A program made the translations under genes and the position numbers. DNA of 58,929 nt, the filler included, from an uncultured bacterium (GTDB taxonomy: Bacteria > DAOPZR01): assembly GCA_964637655.1 (NCBI GenBank). It is 4 parts of 4 records of this genome, joined end to end, with 100 filler letters (N's around TTAATTAATTAA, not from the genome) between each part and the next. Parts side by side here need not be neighbours in the genome. Positions count along the whole stretch, not along the records: positions 1 to 14,830 come from CAZWUZ010000064.1; 3 more parts are not named here. One strand, given 5' to 3'. Each line of letters starts with the position of its first letter. Position 1 is the first letter of the stretch. The notes under the pieces were generated by a model that saw nothing but the letters and a program-made list of their open reading frames with translations, ran no database searches and was not told where the DNA came from. Shown here in pieces: positions 1 to 11,443 of this stretch.

Positions 1-110
1 GGCGACCGGCAGCGCCTGTTGCCGGTCGCGCAGTGCTATGCTACACTCGCGCGGTCGGCAACCGGCGCGTCGCGCCGGCAGCAGCGTCAGGACGGGAGCG
101 GGTCGCACCT

Positions 111-1172
111 ATGTGGGGACTGAAGGACCGTACCGTGGTCCTGCTGCAGAGCATCGCGGTTACCTTCACGGCCCTGCTGCTGATCATGGGGCTGATGCGC
201 TACTGGACGCGCGATGCCGCCGACTTCACTGACAGCGAGTATTTCCGCCAGTCGCGCGAGCTGGAGGCGCAGTCGGTCAGCGACCCGGTCAACGTCAACA
301 CGGCGCTGCGCCTGGGCAATTTCTACTACCTGCTGGCCAAGGCCGAGGAAAACTGGCTCAACAACGACATCACCACCGAGTACCAGGTGGTCTACTACCT
401 CGACCAGCTGGCCAAGTGGCAGCAGCTGGGCTACGACGTCAGCGCCTACGAGAACGAACTCCGGCACGGGGTGATCAACGCGGCGCTGCGCGAGAGTTTC
501 CAGCAGCAGCAGATGCAGGTCTGCAGCGATGCCTACGACCGCGCATTGAAATATTTCTGCTTCGCCCGCGCGGTCGACCCCGGCTGCTGGAGCAGCCAGG
601 ACCGTTTCCGCGTCGGCATCATCTGGCTGAAAAAGGGTGATGCCTATACGGCGATGGCGGAGCGGCTGATTCGCGTCGCCAGCGACGAGGGGTATCACAG
701 CGCGGAAGTGCTGACCAGCCTGGGCAACGTGCAGTACCAGAAGGGCGAACTCGACGCGGCGGTACGCCTGTACCAGCAGGCGCTGGAGCTGAATGCCGAC
801 GACCTGGTGGTCAACTTCAACCTGGCGCTGGCGCTGCTCGAGCAGAAAGCGTACCCGCAGGCGCGCACCCGCTTCCGCCACATGCTGACGCGCGAAGCGG
901 TGCGGGAGGGCTATTACACCGGGATGCTGGCGCATATTCACCTGTATCTCGGGCAGATCGCGCTGGCGGAAAACGACGCTGCCACCGCGGTGGGTCACCT
1001 GCGGGACGCGCTGCAGGCGCAGCCGAACCTGGTGGAAGCACACTATTACCAGGGGGTGGCCTGCGAGAAACTGCGCCGCCCCGACGAAGCGCGCGCGGCT
1101 TTTGCCCGGGCGCTCGAACTGCAGCCGGACAATACCAAAATCATCACGGCGCTGCGCGCACTCGGCGCCTGA
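111..1172 (+). CDS. Membrane-anchored tetratricopeptide-repeat protein
   Basis: N-terminal hydrophobic segment. C-terminal TPR-like repeats ([57 protein letters not shown]). ATG at 111 chosen as start. Confidence 0.8.
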   Translation: MWGLKDRTVVLLQSIAVTFTALLLIMGLMRYWTRDAADFTDSEYFRQSRELEAQSVSDPVNVNTALRLGNFYYLLAKAEENWLNNDITTEYQVVYYLDQLAKWQQLGYDVSAYENELRHGVINAALRESFQQQQMQVCSDAYDRALKYFCFARAVDPGCWSSQDRFRVGIIWLKKGDAYTAMAERLIRVASDEGYHSAEVLTSLGNVQYQKGELDAAVRLYQQALELNADDLVVNFNLALALLEQKAYPQARTRFRHMLTREAVREGYYTGMLAHIHLYLGQIALAENDAATAVGHLRDALQAQPNLVEAHYYQGVACEKLRRPDEARAAFARALELQPDNTKIITALRALGA

Positions 1173-1182
1173 ATCGGGGCGG

Positions 1183-2205
<1,023 letters not shown>

Positions 2206-2212
2206 GCGCGGC

Positions 2213-3034
2213 GTGAAGCAGCCCGCCACGCGCCGCGAGACGCTCTGGTTTCTCATCCTGCTGGGGAGCGGCCTGCTGCTGACCGCGCTGGGCGGCACGG
2301 AGCAGCGCTGGCGGAATACCGTGCTCGACCTGGTGACCCCCGTGCTGGAAGTGCCGCAGCGCCTCGCCGCCGGCACCCTTTCCACCCGGTCATGGTGGCA
2401 GAGCCGCGCCGGTTACCGGGCTGCCATTACCGCCCTGCAGGAGGAAAACCTGCGCCTGCGCACGCGCCTGCATGAGCAGGAACTGCAGGTCCGCGATGCC
2501 GCCGCCCTGCGCGCCGCGCTGGCCCTGCGCGCGGGACCCGCGGCGCATCTGCTGCCGGCCCTGATTACCGGCGCGGATATCACCGGGCAGCCGGGCGAAC
2601 TGTATCTCAACCGCGGCAGCGATGACGGGCTGGTCGCCTACCAGCCGGTACTGGGGCTGACCGGGGAACAGCTGGTCTGTCTCGGACGGCTCAGCAGCAT
2701 CGGCGCGCGCAGTGCGCGGCTGCGGCCGCTGACCGCGACCGGCAGCCGCCTGCCGGCCCAGCTGGCCGTCAGCGGTTACCGGCGCACCATTCTCGCCGGC
2801 AGCGGTGACGCGCGCTGTCGCCTGCTCTACGTCCCTGCGGAAATCACCGTCCTGCCGGGTGAAGAGATCCGCACGGCCGGTGACGGCGAGCTGCTCCCCG
2901 CGGGGCTGCTGCTCGGCCGCGTCAGCAGCGTCAGCAGCACCGCCGACCCGTTCCGCGAAATCATTGTCACCCCGGCCGCCGATGCTGCCGTGCAGCATAC
3001 GGTCTGGTTCATGCTGCCGGAGCAATCGTCATGA
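2213..3034 (+). CDS. mreC: Rod shape-determining protein MreC
   Basis: N-terminal TM, coiled coil (LQEENLRLR), LNRGSDDG and PAGLLLGRV; lies between mreB and mreD; GTG start. Confidence 0.85.
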   Translation: MKQPATRRETLWFLILLGSGLLLTALGGTEQRWRNTVLDLVTPVLEVPQRLAAGTLSTRSWWQSRAGYRAAITALQEENLRLRTRLHEQELQVRDAAALRAALALRAGPAAHLLPALITGADITGQPGELYLNRGSDDGLVAYQPVLGLTGEQLVCLGRLSSIGARSARLRPLTATGSRLPAQLAVSGYRRTILAGSGDARCRLLYVPAEITVLPGEEIRTAGDGELLPAGLLLGRVSSVSSTADPFREIIVTPAADAAVQHTVWFMLPEQSS

Positions 3035-3474
3035 GGACGATCGTCCGTTGGGGCGCACTCGTGGTGCTGCTGCTCCTGCTGCAACTGGCCGTGCTGCCGG
3101 TACTGGGTCCCTGGGCTCCCGACCTGCTGCTGCTGCTGACGATTATCGCCGCGGTACGCCACGGGCGCGGGTTCGGCCAGAGTCTCGGTTTCACCGCCGG
3201 CCTGCTGCAGGGCCTGTTTACTACCGCTCCGCTCGGCGCGCACGCCGTGCTGCTTACCGCCACCGGGTTTGCCGCCGGAGGCATGCGCGGCCTGTTTGCC
3301 GCCGGTCATCCCGCCGCCCCGGGGCTTATCAGTGTTCCGCTGACGGCGGCGGCCCCGCTGCTGCTGGGCGGACTCGCCCTGCTGGCCGGGCAGGAGCCGC
3401 TGTGGCACTGGCAGCTGATTCCCCTCACCGTGTTGAGCACCTGCCTCGCCGGTTTCCTGCCCCGGCCGCGCTGA
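3031..3474 (+). CDS. mreD: Rod shape-determining protein MreD
   Basis: Small hydrophobic protein with PDLLLL and GFTAGLLQ; operon position. Confidence 0.75.
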   Translation: MRTIVRWGALVVLLLLLQLAVLPVLGPWAPDLLLLLTIIAAVRHGRGFGQSLGFTAGLLQGLFTTAPLGAHAVLLTATGFAAGGMRGLFAAGHPAAPGLISVPLTAAAPLLLGGLALLAGQEPLWHWQLIPLTVLSTCLAGFLPRPR

Positions 3475-3477
3475 AGC

Positions 3478-5322
3478 ATGCCCGCCCTGCCGGCAGTCGA
3501 ACTGCGTCGCGCGCACTGGTACCATGCCGTGCTTGCCGCCGGACTGCTGACCGTTGCCGGCACAGCGGCGCTGCTGCAAATCGGGCAGCGGGAACATTAC
3601 CTGCTCCTCTCGGAGCACAACCGCGTGCAGGCGGAGATCATTCCCGCCCGCCGCGGCAGTATTGTCGACCGCTACGGCCGCGTGCTGGCACGCGACCGGA
3701 CCATGCTCAGCGCCGTGCTTGATCCCGCCCAGCTCACCGGGGCGCAGCAGCGGCTGGTACTGGCGCGCCTTGCTGACTGTGCCGATGTGCCGGTAGCCAC
3801 CCTGCGCGCCCGTCAGACACAACTGCGCCGGAAACTGCGCCCGTTCCAGCCGCAGCCGCTGCTCCCGGAACTCAGCGAGCAGCAGTTGATCCGGCTGGAG
3901 ACGCATAACAGCGAACTGCCGGGCATCAGCATCGTGCCCGCTCTGCAGCGCGAATATCCGCACGGCATCACAGCCGCACACCTGCTCGGCTACATGAACG
4001 AACTGACCTGGGCGGAATACCGCGCCGGACGCGAACTCGGCTACCGGCTCGGCGACCGGCGCGGCCGCAGCGGCATGGAGGCCGCGGCGGAGGAATGGTT
4101 GCGCGGCAGCGACGGCTGCCGCTGGCTCGAAGTCGATGCCCGGCAGCGGCCGGTGCGGGTGCTGACGTATCCGCTGCCGCTGGCCGCAAACGACGGGGCC
4201 CGTGTCCAGCTGACCATCGACGCGCAGCTGCAGCAGGCCGCCGAAGCCGCGTTCCCTCCCGGCCGCCGCGGCGCCGTCGTTGCGCTCGACCCGGAAAACG
4301 GTGCCGTGCGGGTGCTGGTCAGCCGTCCGGCCTTCGCCCCCAACGCTTTTGCCCGGGGCGACCTCGACGCCATTCACACCGCCCTGACGGACCCTTCCAG
4401 TCCGCTGCTCAACCGGGCCATTGCCGGTCAGTATCCCGCCGGTTCAACCTTCAAGGTCATCGATGCGCTCGCCGCACTTGCCAGCGGCCGGTTCACCCCG
4501 GAAACCCGGTTCACCTGCAACGGTGCGCTGACACTGGGCACCACGGTATTCCACTGCTGGCATAGCGGACACGGTTCACTGCCGCTCGTCGATGCCCTGC
4601 GCCATTCCTGCAACGTCTACTTCTACCAGCTGGGTGTCCGGCTCGGGCCCGAGGCAATCGCCGCAACGGCACGGGCGCTCGGACTGGGCGCGCGCACGGG
4701 CATCCCGCTGCCGGGTGAGGAAAGCGGCCTCGTACCCGACCCCGCGTGGAAAACCGCCGTCGCCCGGCAGTTCGGGCTCGACCCGGCCTGGAAGGCGGGC
4801 GATTCCGCCAATCTCGCCATCGGACAGGGGGCGTTGCTGGTCACCCCGCTGCAACTGGCGGTGGCGTTTGCCGCAGTAGCCAACGGGGGACGGGTACTGC
4901 GCCCGCAGCTGCTCGAGCGCGTGGTACATGCTGACGGGAGGGTGTTGCGGGAACTGCAGGCGGAACCGCTGCGTCAGGTACCGTTCGCGCCGGCCACCCT
5001 CGCCGCCGTGCGTGCCGGGCTGCAGCAGGCAGTCAGTGCCGGCACTGCGCGCAATGCCGCGGTCTTCACTGACGGCACCGCGCTGGACGAACTGCCGGCG
5101 GGCAAGACCGGCACCGCCCAGGTCGGCGACCGCAACCGCAACAACCGGGTCGACCCCGGCGAGGAACCGCACGCGTGGTTCGTCGCCTGGTGGCCGGCAC
5201 AGCAGCCGCAACTCGTCGTGGCGGTATTCGTCGAGCATGGCGGCTATGGCGGCGCCGCTGCCGCGCCGGTGGCGCGGCAGATGTTCGCCGCGCGCGAACG
5301 TCCGGGGGCCGGCGATGACTGA
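3478..5322 (+). CDS. mrdA: Penicillin-binding protein 2
   Basis: RGSIVDRYG, SxxK (GSTFK), SxN (SCN) and KTG (GKTGTAQ) motifs. Confidence 0.93.
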   Translation: MPALPAVELRRAHWYHAVLAAGLLTVAGTAALLQIGQREHYLLLSEHNRVQAEIIPARRGSIVDRYGRVLARDRTMLSAVLDPAQLTGAQQRLVLARLADCADVPVATLRARQTQLRRKLRPFQPQPLLPELSEQQLIRLETHNSELPGISIVPALQREYPHGITAAHLLGYMNELTWAEYRAGRELGYRLGDRRGRSGMEAAAEEWLRGSDGCRWLEVDARQRPVRVLTYPLPLAANDGARVQLTIDAQLQQAAEAAFPPGRRGAVVALDPENGAVRVLVSRPAFAPNAFARGDLDAIHTALTDPSSPLLNRAIAGQYPAGSTFKVIDALAALASGRFTPETRFTCNGALTLGTTVFHCWHSGHGSLPLVDALRHSCNVYFYQLGVRLGPEAIAATARALGLGARTGIPLPGEESGLVPDPAWKTAVARQFGLDPAWKAGDSANLAIGQGALLVTPLQLAVAFAAVANGGRVLRPQLLERVVHADGRVLRELQAEPLRQVPFAPATLAAVRAGLQQAVSAGTARNAAVFTDGTALDELPAGKTGTAQVGDRNRNNRVDPGEEPHAWFVAWWPAQQPQLVVAVFVEHGGYGGAAAAPVARQMFAARERPGAGDD

Positions 5323-6685
5323 CCGGCGCGGGCACCGGCTGCTGCCGCTGCTCATCGTCCTGCTGGTCTGCGTCGGCCTGCTCTGCCTGGCGGGCGGTGC
5401 ACGCACCGAACCCGACTATCGCGACCTGCTGCTGCGACAGGCACTGTGGGCGACCGCCGGCATCACCGCCGCCATTGCCATCAGTCGCATCGATTATGCC
5501 GTGTGGCACCGGCTCGCCTTTCCGCTCTACGGGGCTGCCCTGCTCGCGCTGCTGGTCACCCTGCTGGGCGGGGAGACCATCCGCGGCTCGCGCAGCTGGC
5601 TCGACCTCGGCTGGTTCAACCTGCAGACGTCGGAATTCGCCAAACTGGCGTTTGCCCTCGCCCTGGCCGCCGTCGTCAGCCGCCGCCCGGCCAGCGAATG
5701 GAGCAGCGCCTATGACCGTGACATGATTGCCCGTCTGTTCACTGCCTCCGCGCTGACCCTGCCGCCGCTGCTGCTCATCATCCTGCAATCCGATCTCGGC
5801 ACGGCCCTGACCCTGCTGCCGCCGCTGCTGCTCGCCCTGCTCATCAGCGGCATTCCGCCCGGCATGCTCGCCCTGTTCCTGACGGTAAGCGGCAGCACAC
5901 TCGGCCTGCTCCTCGTGCTGCTCACCGCGCGCTGGCTGCCCGCCTCCCACCATGCCGGTGTCCTGTTCGCTCGCCTGGTCACTGACCGTGACGCGCTCGC
6001 CCAGGTGCTGCTCGCCGCCTGCTTCGCCCTGCTGGCCCTCGCCTACCTGCTGCACGCCTTTTTCCCGCTGCATGCCGCCAGTAACGCACCGCGTGCACGC
6101 CGCCTGGTCTGGGGCGGCTACCTGCTGCTGGTCATCTTCGTTCTCGCGCTGGAACTGAGCACCTTTGCCATGGCGCAGCTCAAACCCTACCAGCAGTTGC
6201 GCCTCATCGCCTTTCTCGACCCGCAGGCACAGCCGCTGCACGGCGGCTATAACCTGCTGCAGGCGCAGATTGCCATCGGTTCGGGCGGCATGCTGGGCAA
6301 GGGCCTGGGCAACGGCACGCAGCACCGGCTCGGGTTCCTGCCTGAGGCCCACACCGATTTCATCTTCGCCATCTGGGCCGAAGAACAGGGGCTGGCCGGC
6401 GTGCTGCTGCTGCTGCTGCTCTATGCCGGGTTCGCGCGCTGCTGCTGGCGCATCGCCGGCGAAGCGCGCGACCGGTTCAGCGCCGCCTTCACCCTCATTT
6501 TTTCCGGCGGCCTGCTGCTGCAGGCACTGTACAATCTCGGCATGAATCTCGGCCTGCTGCCGATCATGGGCATCCCGCTGCCGCTGGTCAGTTACGGCGG
6601 TTCCTCGCTGGTCAGCGTGCTGCTCGGGTGCGGCATCATCCTTTCCGTCTGGCGCTACCGCCTGACCTTTGGAGGTATCCGGTGA
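5315..6685 (+). CDS. rodA: SEDS family peptidoglycan glycosyltransferase RodA
   Basis: GSRSWL, QTSEFAK, DLGT, LPEAHTDFIF and PLPLVSYGGSS motifs; follows mrdA. Confidence 0.92.
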   Translation: MTDRRGHRLLPLLIVLLVCVGLLCLAGGARTEPDYRDLLLRQALWATAGITAAIAISRIDYAVWHRLAFPLYGAALLALLVTLLGGETIRGSRSWLDLGWFNLQTSEFAKLAFALALAAVVSRRPASEWSSAYDRDMIARLFTASALTLPPLLLIILQSDLGTALTLLPPLLLALLISGIPPGMLALFLTVSGSTLGLLLVLLTARWLPASHHAGVLFARLVTDRDALAQVLLAACFALLALAYLLHAFFPLHAASNAPRARRLVWGGYLLLVIFVLALELSTFAMAQLKPYQQLRLIAFLDPQAQPLHGGYNLLQAQIAIGSGGMLGKGLGNGTQHRLGFLPEAHTDFIFAIWAEEQGLAGVLLLLLLYAGFARCCWRIAGEARDRFSAAFTLIFSGGLLLQALYNLGMNLGLLPIMGIPLPLVSYGGSSLVSVLLGCGIILSVWRYRLTFGGIR

Positions 6686-8328
6686 TCCCTGAATCCCTGC
6701 TGCGCGCGGTGCGCCAGCCCGGCCGCTACGCCGGCGGTGAATTCAACCTGCCGCCGCTGCCGCGCGCGCCGGAGGTGGTCCTCGCCTTTCCCGACCTGTA
6801 CGAGATCGGCATGTCGCACTGGGGCACGCAGATCCTGCTTTGGGAGGCGTGGCGCGACGGCATCAGCGTCGACCGTGCCTTTCTCCCCGCCCCCGACCTT
6901 GCCGACCGCCTGCGCACTGCCCGCCTGCCGCTCACCACGCTCGCCGCGGGCACCCCGCTGCGCGACGCGCCGCTGCTCGGTCTCACCGTGCAGCATGAAC
7001 TGGCGCTGACCGCCGTGCTGGAACTGCTCGACCTCGCCGGCATTCCGCTGCGCACCGCCGACCGCGGCCCGCACGATCCGCTGGTCATCGCCGGCGGCCC
7101 GGGCATTGCCAATCCCGCCCCGTTTGCTCCCTTTCTCGATGCCATCGTTGCCGGTGACGGCGAAGGGTTTCTGCGCGAGTGCCGTGACGCGGGTGTCCTC
7201 GACACCACGCAAACACGGACTGACCGGCTGCGTGATCTGACAGCACTCCCCGGCGTCTGGACCGCCGCCACCACGCTCCCCGTGCGGGCGCGCACCGTGG
7301 CCGATCTCGAAGCCGCTTTCCATCCCGACACGATGCTCGTGCCGAATTTCCGCATCGTGCAGGAGCGCGCGGTGGTCGAACTGGCGCGCGGCTGTCCCAA
7401 CCGCTGCCGCTTCTGTCAGGCGCGCGCGGTCTACAGCCCGCTGCGGCGGCGGTCACCGGCAACGGTGCGGCGGCTGGCGCAGTCGCTCGTACGTGCCACC
7501 GGGTTCGACCGCCTCTCGCTGCTCACCCTCAATGCCGCCGTCTATCCGGAATTCAGCGCGCTGCTCCGCGGCCTGCATGCCGACCTCTCCCCGCTGCACT
7601 GTTCGCTTATGCTCCCGTCGCAGCATGTCGCCCAGCTCGATCCCGACGTGCTGCCGCTGCTCGCCAGCGGTCGCAAGGGGGGGCTGACCCTTGCCCCGGA
7701 AGCCGCCACCGACGCGCTGCGCCGGCGCCTCGGCAAGTATCTCAGCGACCAGCAGCTCATCGACCTGTGCGCCGGGGCGGCACGGGCGGGCTGGCGTCAG
7801 GTGAAACTCTATTTCATGTACGGGCTGCCGACGGAGACGGCCGCGGACGTGCAGGAGATCGCCGTACTGCTCCGCCACCTGCCGCGTCAGCTGGAATACC
7901 ATCTCACGCTCAGCCCGTTCGTCCCCAAGCCACACACCCCGCTGCAGTGGCACGGATTCGCCGACACGGCCTACCTCACGGAGCAGGCACGCACACTGCG
8001 GGCAGCACTGCCGCGACGGGTGCGCCTCAGTGCCCATCCGCCGCAGCGCGCACTGCTCGAGGCAGTACTCGCCCGCGGCGATGCACAGGCGGGAGAACTG
8101 GCACTTGCCGCGTGGCAGCGCGGGGCGCGGCTCGACAGCTGGGACGAGTATTTCTCCTTCACCCACTGGCAGGAGGCGGCACAGGCGCGCGGATTCGATC
8201 TGGCGGCAGCCGCCGGGCGCACCTTCGCCCCGTCCGACCCGCTCCCCTGGGCCGGTATGACGTACGGCGCGGAGAATGCCGCGCTCTGGGCTGAGTATCA
8301 GCAGTGTCTGGCGGAGGTGCCCGCATGA
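6682..8328 (+). CDS. Radical SAM protein of the type commonly found between rodA and rng
   Basis: PGRYAGGE, FPDLYEIGMSH, CxxxCxxC (RGCPNRCRFC), KLYFMYGLPTE and FVPKPHTP. GTG start after a GGAGG SD. Confidence 0.88.
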   Translation: MIPESLLRAVRQPGRYAGGEFNLPPLPRAPEVVLAFPDLYEIGMSHWGTQILLWEAWRDGISVDRAFLPAPDLADRLRTARLPLTTLAAGTPLRDAPLLGLTVQHELALTAVLELLDLAGIPLRTADRGPHDPLVIAGGPGIANPAPFAPFLDAIVAGDGEGFLRECRDAGVLDTTQTRTDRLRDLTALPGVWTAATTLPVRARTVADLEAAFHPDTMLVPNFRIVQERAVVELARGCPNRCRFCQARAVYSPLRRRSPATVRRLAQSLVRATGFDRLSLLTLNAAVYPEFSALLRGLHADLSPLHCSLMLPSQHVAQLDPDVLPLLASGRKGGLTLAPEAATDALRRRLGKYLSDQQLIDLCAGAARAGWRQVKLYFMYGLPTETAADVQEIAVLLRHLPRQLEYHLTLSPFVPKPHTPLQWHGFADTAYLTEQARTLRAALPRRVRLSAHPPQRALLEAVLARGDAQAGELALAAWQRGARLDSWDEYFSFTHWQEAAQARGFDLAAAAGRTFAPSDPLPWAGMTYGAENAALWAEYQQCLAEVPA

Positions 8329-8966
8329 GCGCCGCCGTCATCACTTTTGCCAAGCGCCCGCCGCTGCACTGGCTGTCGCATCTCGATGTGCAGACCGCAT
8401 GGAACTACGCGCTGCGCCGCAGCGGTCTGCCGGTGCGCTACAGCGAGGGATTCAACCCGCAGCCGCGCCTGTCGGTCATCATGCCGCTCGAGGTCGGTAT
8501 CCGCAGCGAGGTCGAACTGCTCACCGTCCTGTTTGCCGCACCGTTCACCACCACCGCAATCACCGATGCCCTGCGTCCGCAACTGCCGGCCGGTTTCGTG
8601 CTGCAGGCGGTGCGCCCGGTGCCACCGCCGTACAAACCGCCCACCATGGCGCAGGTCGGGGCCGTGAGTTATGCCTTCACCACCACGCTGCCGCCGGCGG
8701 CGGTACTGGCGGCGCAGGCGGCGGCCGTCACGGTCAGCCGCGCCCGCGAGACCGGGCCGCCGCGCGTCTTCGTTATCACGGAAGAGGTCCGCGCGGCCGC
8801 GGTGGCCCCGGCCGGCAACGGGAGCGTACTCACCTGCACTCTGCGGGTGCGCCCTGCGGGCATGCTGCGCGCCACCGAATACGCCGCCGCCTGTGGCATC
8901 ACCGCGGAAAATAGTGTAGACTTTGTGCGCACGGGGATCCATTTCTCCGACGGGGCCGAGCCATGA
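8325..8966 (+). CDS. Radical SAM-associated protein (DUF2344-like)
   Basis: SHLD...ALRRSGLPVRYSEGFNPQPRLS motif; directly after the radical SAM gene. Confidence 0.8.
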   Translation: MSAAVITFAKRPPLHWLSHLDVQTAWNYALRRSGLPVRYSEGFNPQPRLSVIMPLEVGIRSEVELLTVLFAAPFTTTAITDALRPQLPAGFVLQAVRPVPPPYKPPTMAQVGAVSYAFTTTLPPAAVLAAQAAAVTVSRARETGPPRVFVITEEVRAAAVAPAGNGSVLTCTLRVRPAGMLRATEYAAACGITAENSVDFVRTGIHFSDGAEP

Positions 8967-10255
8967 GGAAGAGCATCATCATCAGCGCCGCCGACGGCCT
9001 CATCGTCGTCGGCCTGCTCGAGAACGACCAGGTCTGTGAGCTCTACGTCGAGCGCGGGCGGGAGAGCCGTCTGCTCGGCAACATCTACCGCGGCGTGGTC
9101 ATGGACCTCATCCCGTCAATGCAGGCGGCGTTCGTCGATATCGGCTGCGAGAAGAACGGGTTTCTCTACCTCAAGGACGTGCGTCCCGATTGCAGCGACC
9201 CGGACGAGATCGTCAGCGAGACGGCCAAGGAGGCGTGGAAGGAGCGCGACATCACCAAACTGCTGCGCGCCGGGCAGGAGATCGTCGTGCAGGTGGCGAA
9301 GGAGCCCTACCAGAACAAGGGGGCGCGCCTGACCACCTACCTGACCGTGCCGGGCCGGCACCTCGTCCTGCTCCCCCACCTCGACCATATCGGCATTTCG
9401 CACCGGCTGCAGGAATCGCGCAGCCGCGACCGGCTGACCGACAGCATCGCCCGGCTGCGTCCCGACCGCCGCGGCTACATCATCCGCACCAAGTCGATCA
9501 ACGCCGACGAGTCGAGCCTGCAGGGGGAGATCGATTTTCTCCAGCGCATGTGGCAGGGGCTGCGCGGGCAGATCGCCACCGCCACCCCGCGCCAGCTCAT
9601 CCACCGCGACTCATCGCTGCTGCTGCGCATCTGCCGCGATTACTACGACGAGGAGGTCGAGGAGGTCATCGTCGACGACGCCGGCATCCTCGAGGAAGTG
9701 CGCGCCATCAGCCGCGACCTGCAGCTGTCGCTGCAGAACCGCCTGCACTTCCAGGGCGGGGATTTCTCGCTGGCGCAGCAGTACGGGCTCGACCGCGAGC
9801 TGGAACTGGCGCTGCGCGCCAAGGTCTGGCTGAAAGGGGGCTCCTACCTGCTGTTCGAGGCGACCGAGGCGCTGACCACCATCGACGTCAATTCGGGCAA
9901 GTGCGTGGGGGCGGGCGAAGTCGAGGAGATGGTGTTCAACATCAACGTTGCCGCCGTCCCCGAGATCGTCCGCCAGATCCGCCTGCGCAACATCAGCGGG
10001 GTCATCATCGTCGATTTCATCGACATGGAACTGCCGTCACACCGCGAGCAGCTGCTCAACATCCTCGAGGCGGAGCTGAAACGCGACCGCATCCGCTCGG
10101 TGCTCGTCGACATGACCCCGCTCGGGCTCGTCGAGATCACCCGCAAGCGTGAGAGCCAGTCACTGCACGAGATCATTGCCACCCCCTGCCCGCACTGCGG
10201 CGGGCGCGGGCACTTTCACCTCAGCGAAGTGGATAATTTCATCAAGGGCGTCTGA
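8963..10255 (+). CDS. rng: Rne/Rng family ribonuclease (RNase G-like)
   Basis: GNIYRG, QAAFVDIG (S1), TEALTTIDVNSG, IIVDFIDM and C-terminal CPHCGGRG. Confidence 0.92.
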   Translation: MRKSIIISAADGLIVVGLLENDQVCELYVERGRESRLLGNIYRGVVMDLIPSMQAAFVDIGCEKNGFLYLKDVRPDCSDPDEIVSETAKEAWKERDITKLLRAGQEIVVQVAKEPYQNKGARLTTYLTVPGRHLVLLPHLDHIGISHRLQESRSRDRLTDSIARLRPDRRGYIIRTKSINADESSLQGEIDFLQRMWQGLRGQIATATPRQLIHRDSSLLLRICRDYYDEEVEEVIVDDAGILEEVRAISRDLQLSLQNRLHFQGGDFSLAQQYGLDRELELALRAKVWLKGGSYLLFEATEALTTIDVNSGKCVGAGEVEEMVFNINVAAVPEIVRQIRLRNISGVIIVDFIDMELPSHREQLLNILEAELKRDRIRSVLVDMTPLGLVEITRKRESQSLHEIIATPCPHCGGRGHFHLSEVDNFIKGV

Positions 10256-10264
10256 GTTTTCCCG

Positions 10265-11443
10265 TCAGTCACGCACCATCGCGTAGCAGGTTTCCACCTG
10301 CGCCGCCACCTGTGCCCAGGTGAATTGCGTCAGTACCCGCTCCCGGTTGGCGGCACCCACCCGCCGCCGCCGCGCCGCATCCTGCAGCAACTGCACGAGC
10401 GCGGCCGCCAGCGCCGCGCTGTCGCGCGGCGGCGCCAGCAGCAGGCGGTTTTCCTCCGCCACCAGTTCCGGCAAACTGCCCATGGCGAAACCCGCCACCG
10501 GCAGCGCGCTGCTCATCGCCTCGAGCACCGACAGGCCGAACGGTTCCCCCAGTGACGGCAGGGCATAGACCGCCGCGCGGCGGAAATATTTCGCCGTGTC
10601 ACCATGCGCTGCCGCCCCGGCAAAGACGATGCGCCCCGCATGCGGCAGCGCGTCCGCCTGCGCACGAAACAGTGCGGCATCGGGGCCATCGCCGACAATG
10701 GTCAGGCGTGCCTGCGGCACCTGCTGCCAGATGCGCGGCATCGCCTCGAGCAGCCAGCCAAGTCCCTTACGTTTCACCAGGTAGGCAAGAAAGAGAATTT
10801 CCGGTGCGGCCACCGGCGCCGCGGCGGGATGATAGCGTTCCGCGTCAACCCCGACCGGCACCACCTGCGCCTTCGCCTGCGCGGTTTCCGGCAGCAGCGC
10901 GCGCACCCGTTCCTGCGTCAGCAGTAGTGCCCGGGCCCCCGCCAGCGTACGTACGTTCTGCTCCTCCGCCCGGCGCGCGTAGCGGTGTACCAGCTGCCAG
11001 CGCAGGCGCCGCCACAGCGGATTACCCGCCGGTACGGCGCGCTCGCCATACTCCTCGTCGCTGATTGTCCACGGGGCGAAGAGCGGGCCGATAACCTGCG
11101 GCAGCGGATCAAGCAGCGAGTAGCCGCGCGTCACATCGAACGGCATCGCGTGGTGAATAACGTCAAAGCACCGGCGACGCGCGTATGCTGCCGCACGCCG
11201 CGCGAACCGCCATTCATACCAGTCATACCGCACTTCGTCAGGCACCGGGTGGAACGGATAATCACCCAGTTGCACCGCGGTCAGCCCGTCATACTGCTGC
11301 TGCAGGCGCACCTGCGGGGCAAGCACGGTCACGGTATGTCCGCGCGCGACCAGCGCGCGCGCAAGGTGGCAGGCAATGAGCCCCTCGCCCAGTGACAGGT
11401 GATCGGTGAACGTCAACCCCGCCGCGGAAAAGAGGATATTCAC
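10265..11443 (-). CDS. Glycosyltransferase family 4
   Basis: KRKG, IVGDGP and EPFGLSVLEAM (Ex7E) motifs. Confidence 0.9.
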   Translation of the reverse strand: MNILFSAAGLTFTDHLSLGEGLIACHLARALVARGHTVTVLAPQVRLQQQYDGLTAVQLGDYPFHPVPDEVRYDWYEWRFARRAAAYARRRCFDVIHHAMPFDVTRGYSLLDPLPQVIGPLFAPWTISDEEYGERAVPAGNPLWRRLRWQLVHRYARRAEEQNVRTLAGARALLLTQERVRALLPETAQAKAQVVPVGVDAERYHPAAAPVAAPEILFLAYLVKRKGLGWLLEAMPRIWQQVPQARLTIVGDGPDAALFRAQADALPHAGRIVFAGAAAHGDTAKYFRRAAVYALPSLGEPFGLSVLEAMSSALPVAGFAMGSLPELVAEENRLLLAPPRDSAALAAALVQLLQDAARRRRVGAANRERVLTQFTWAQVAAQVETCYAMVRD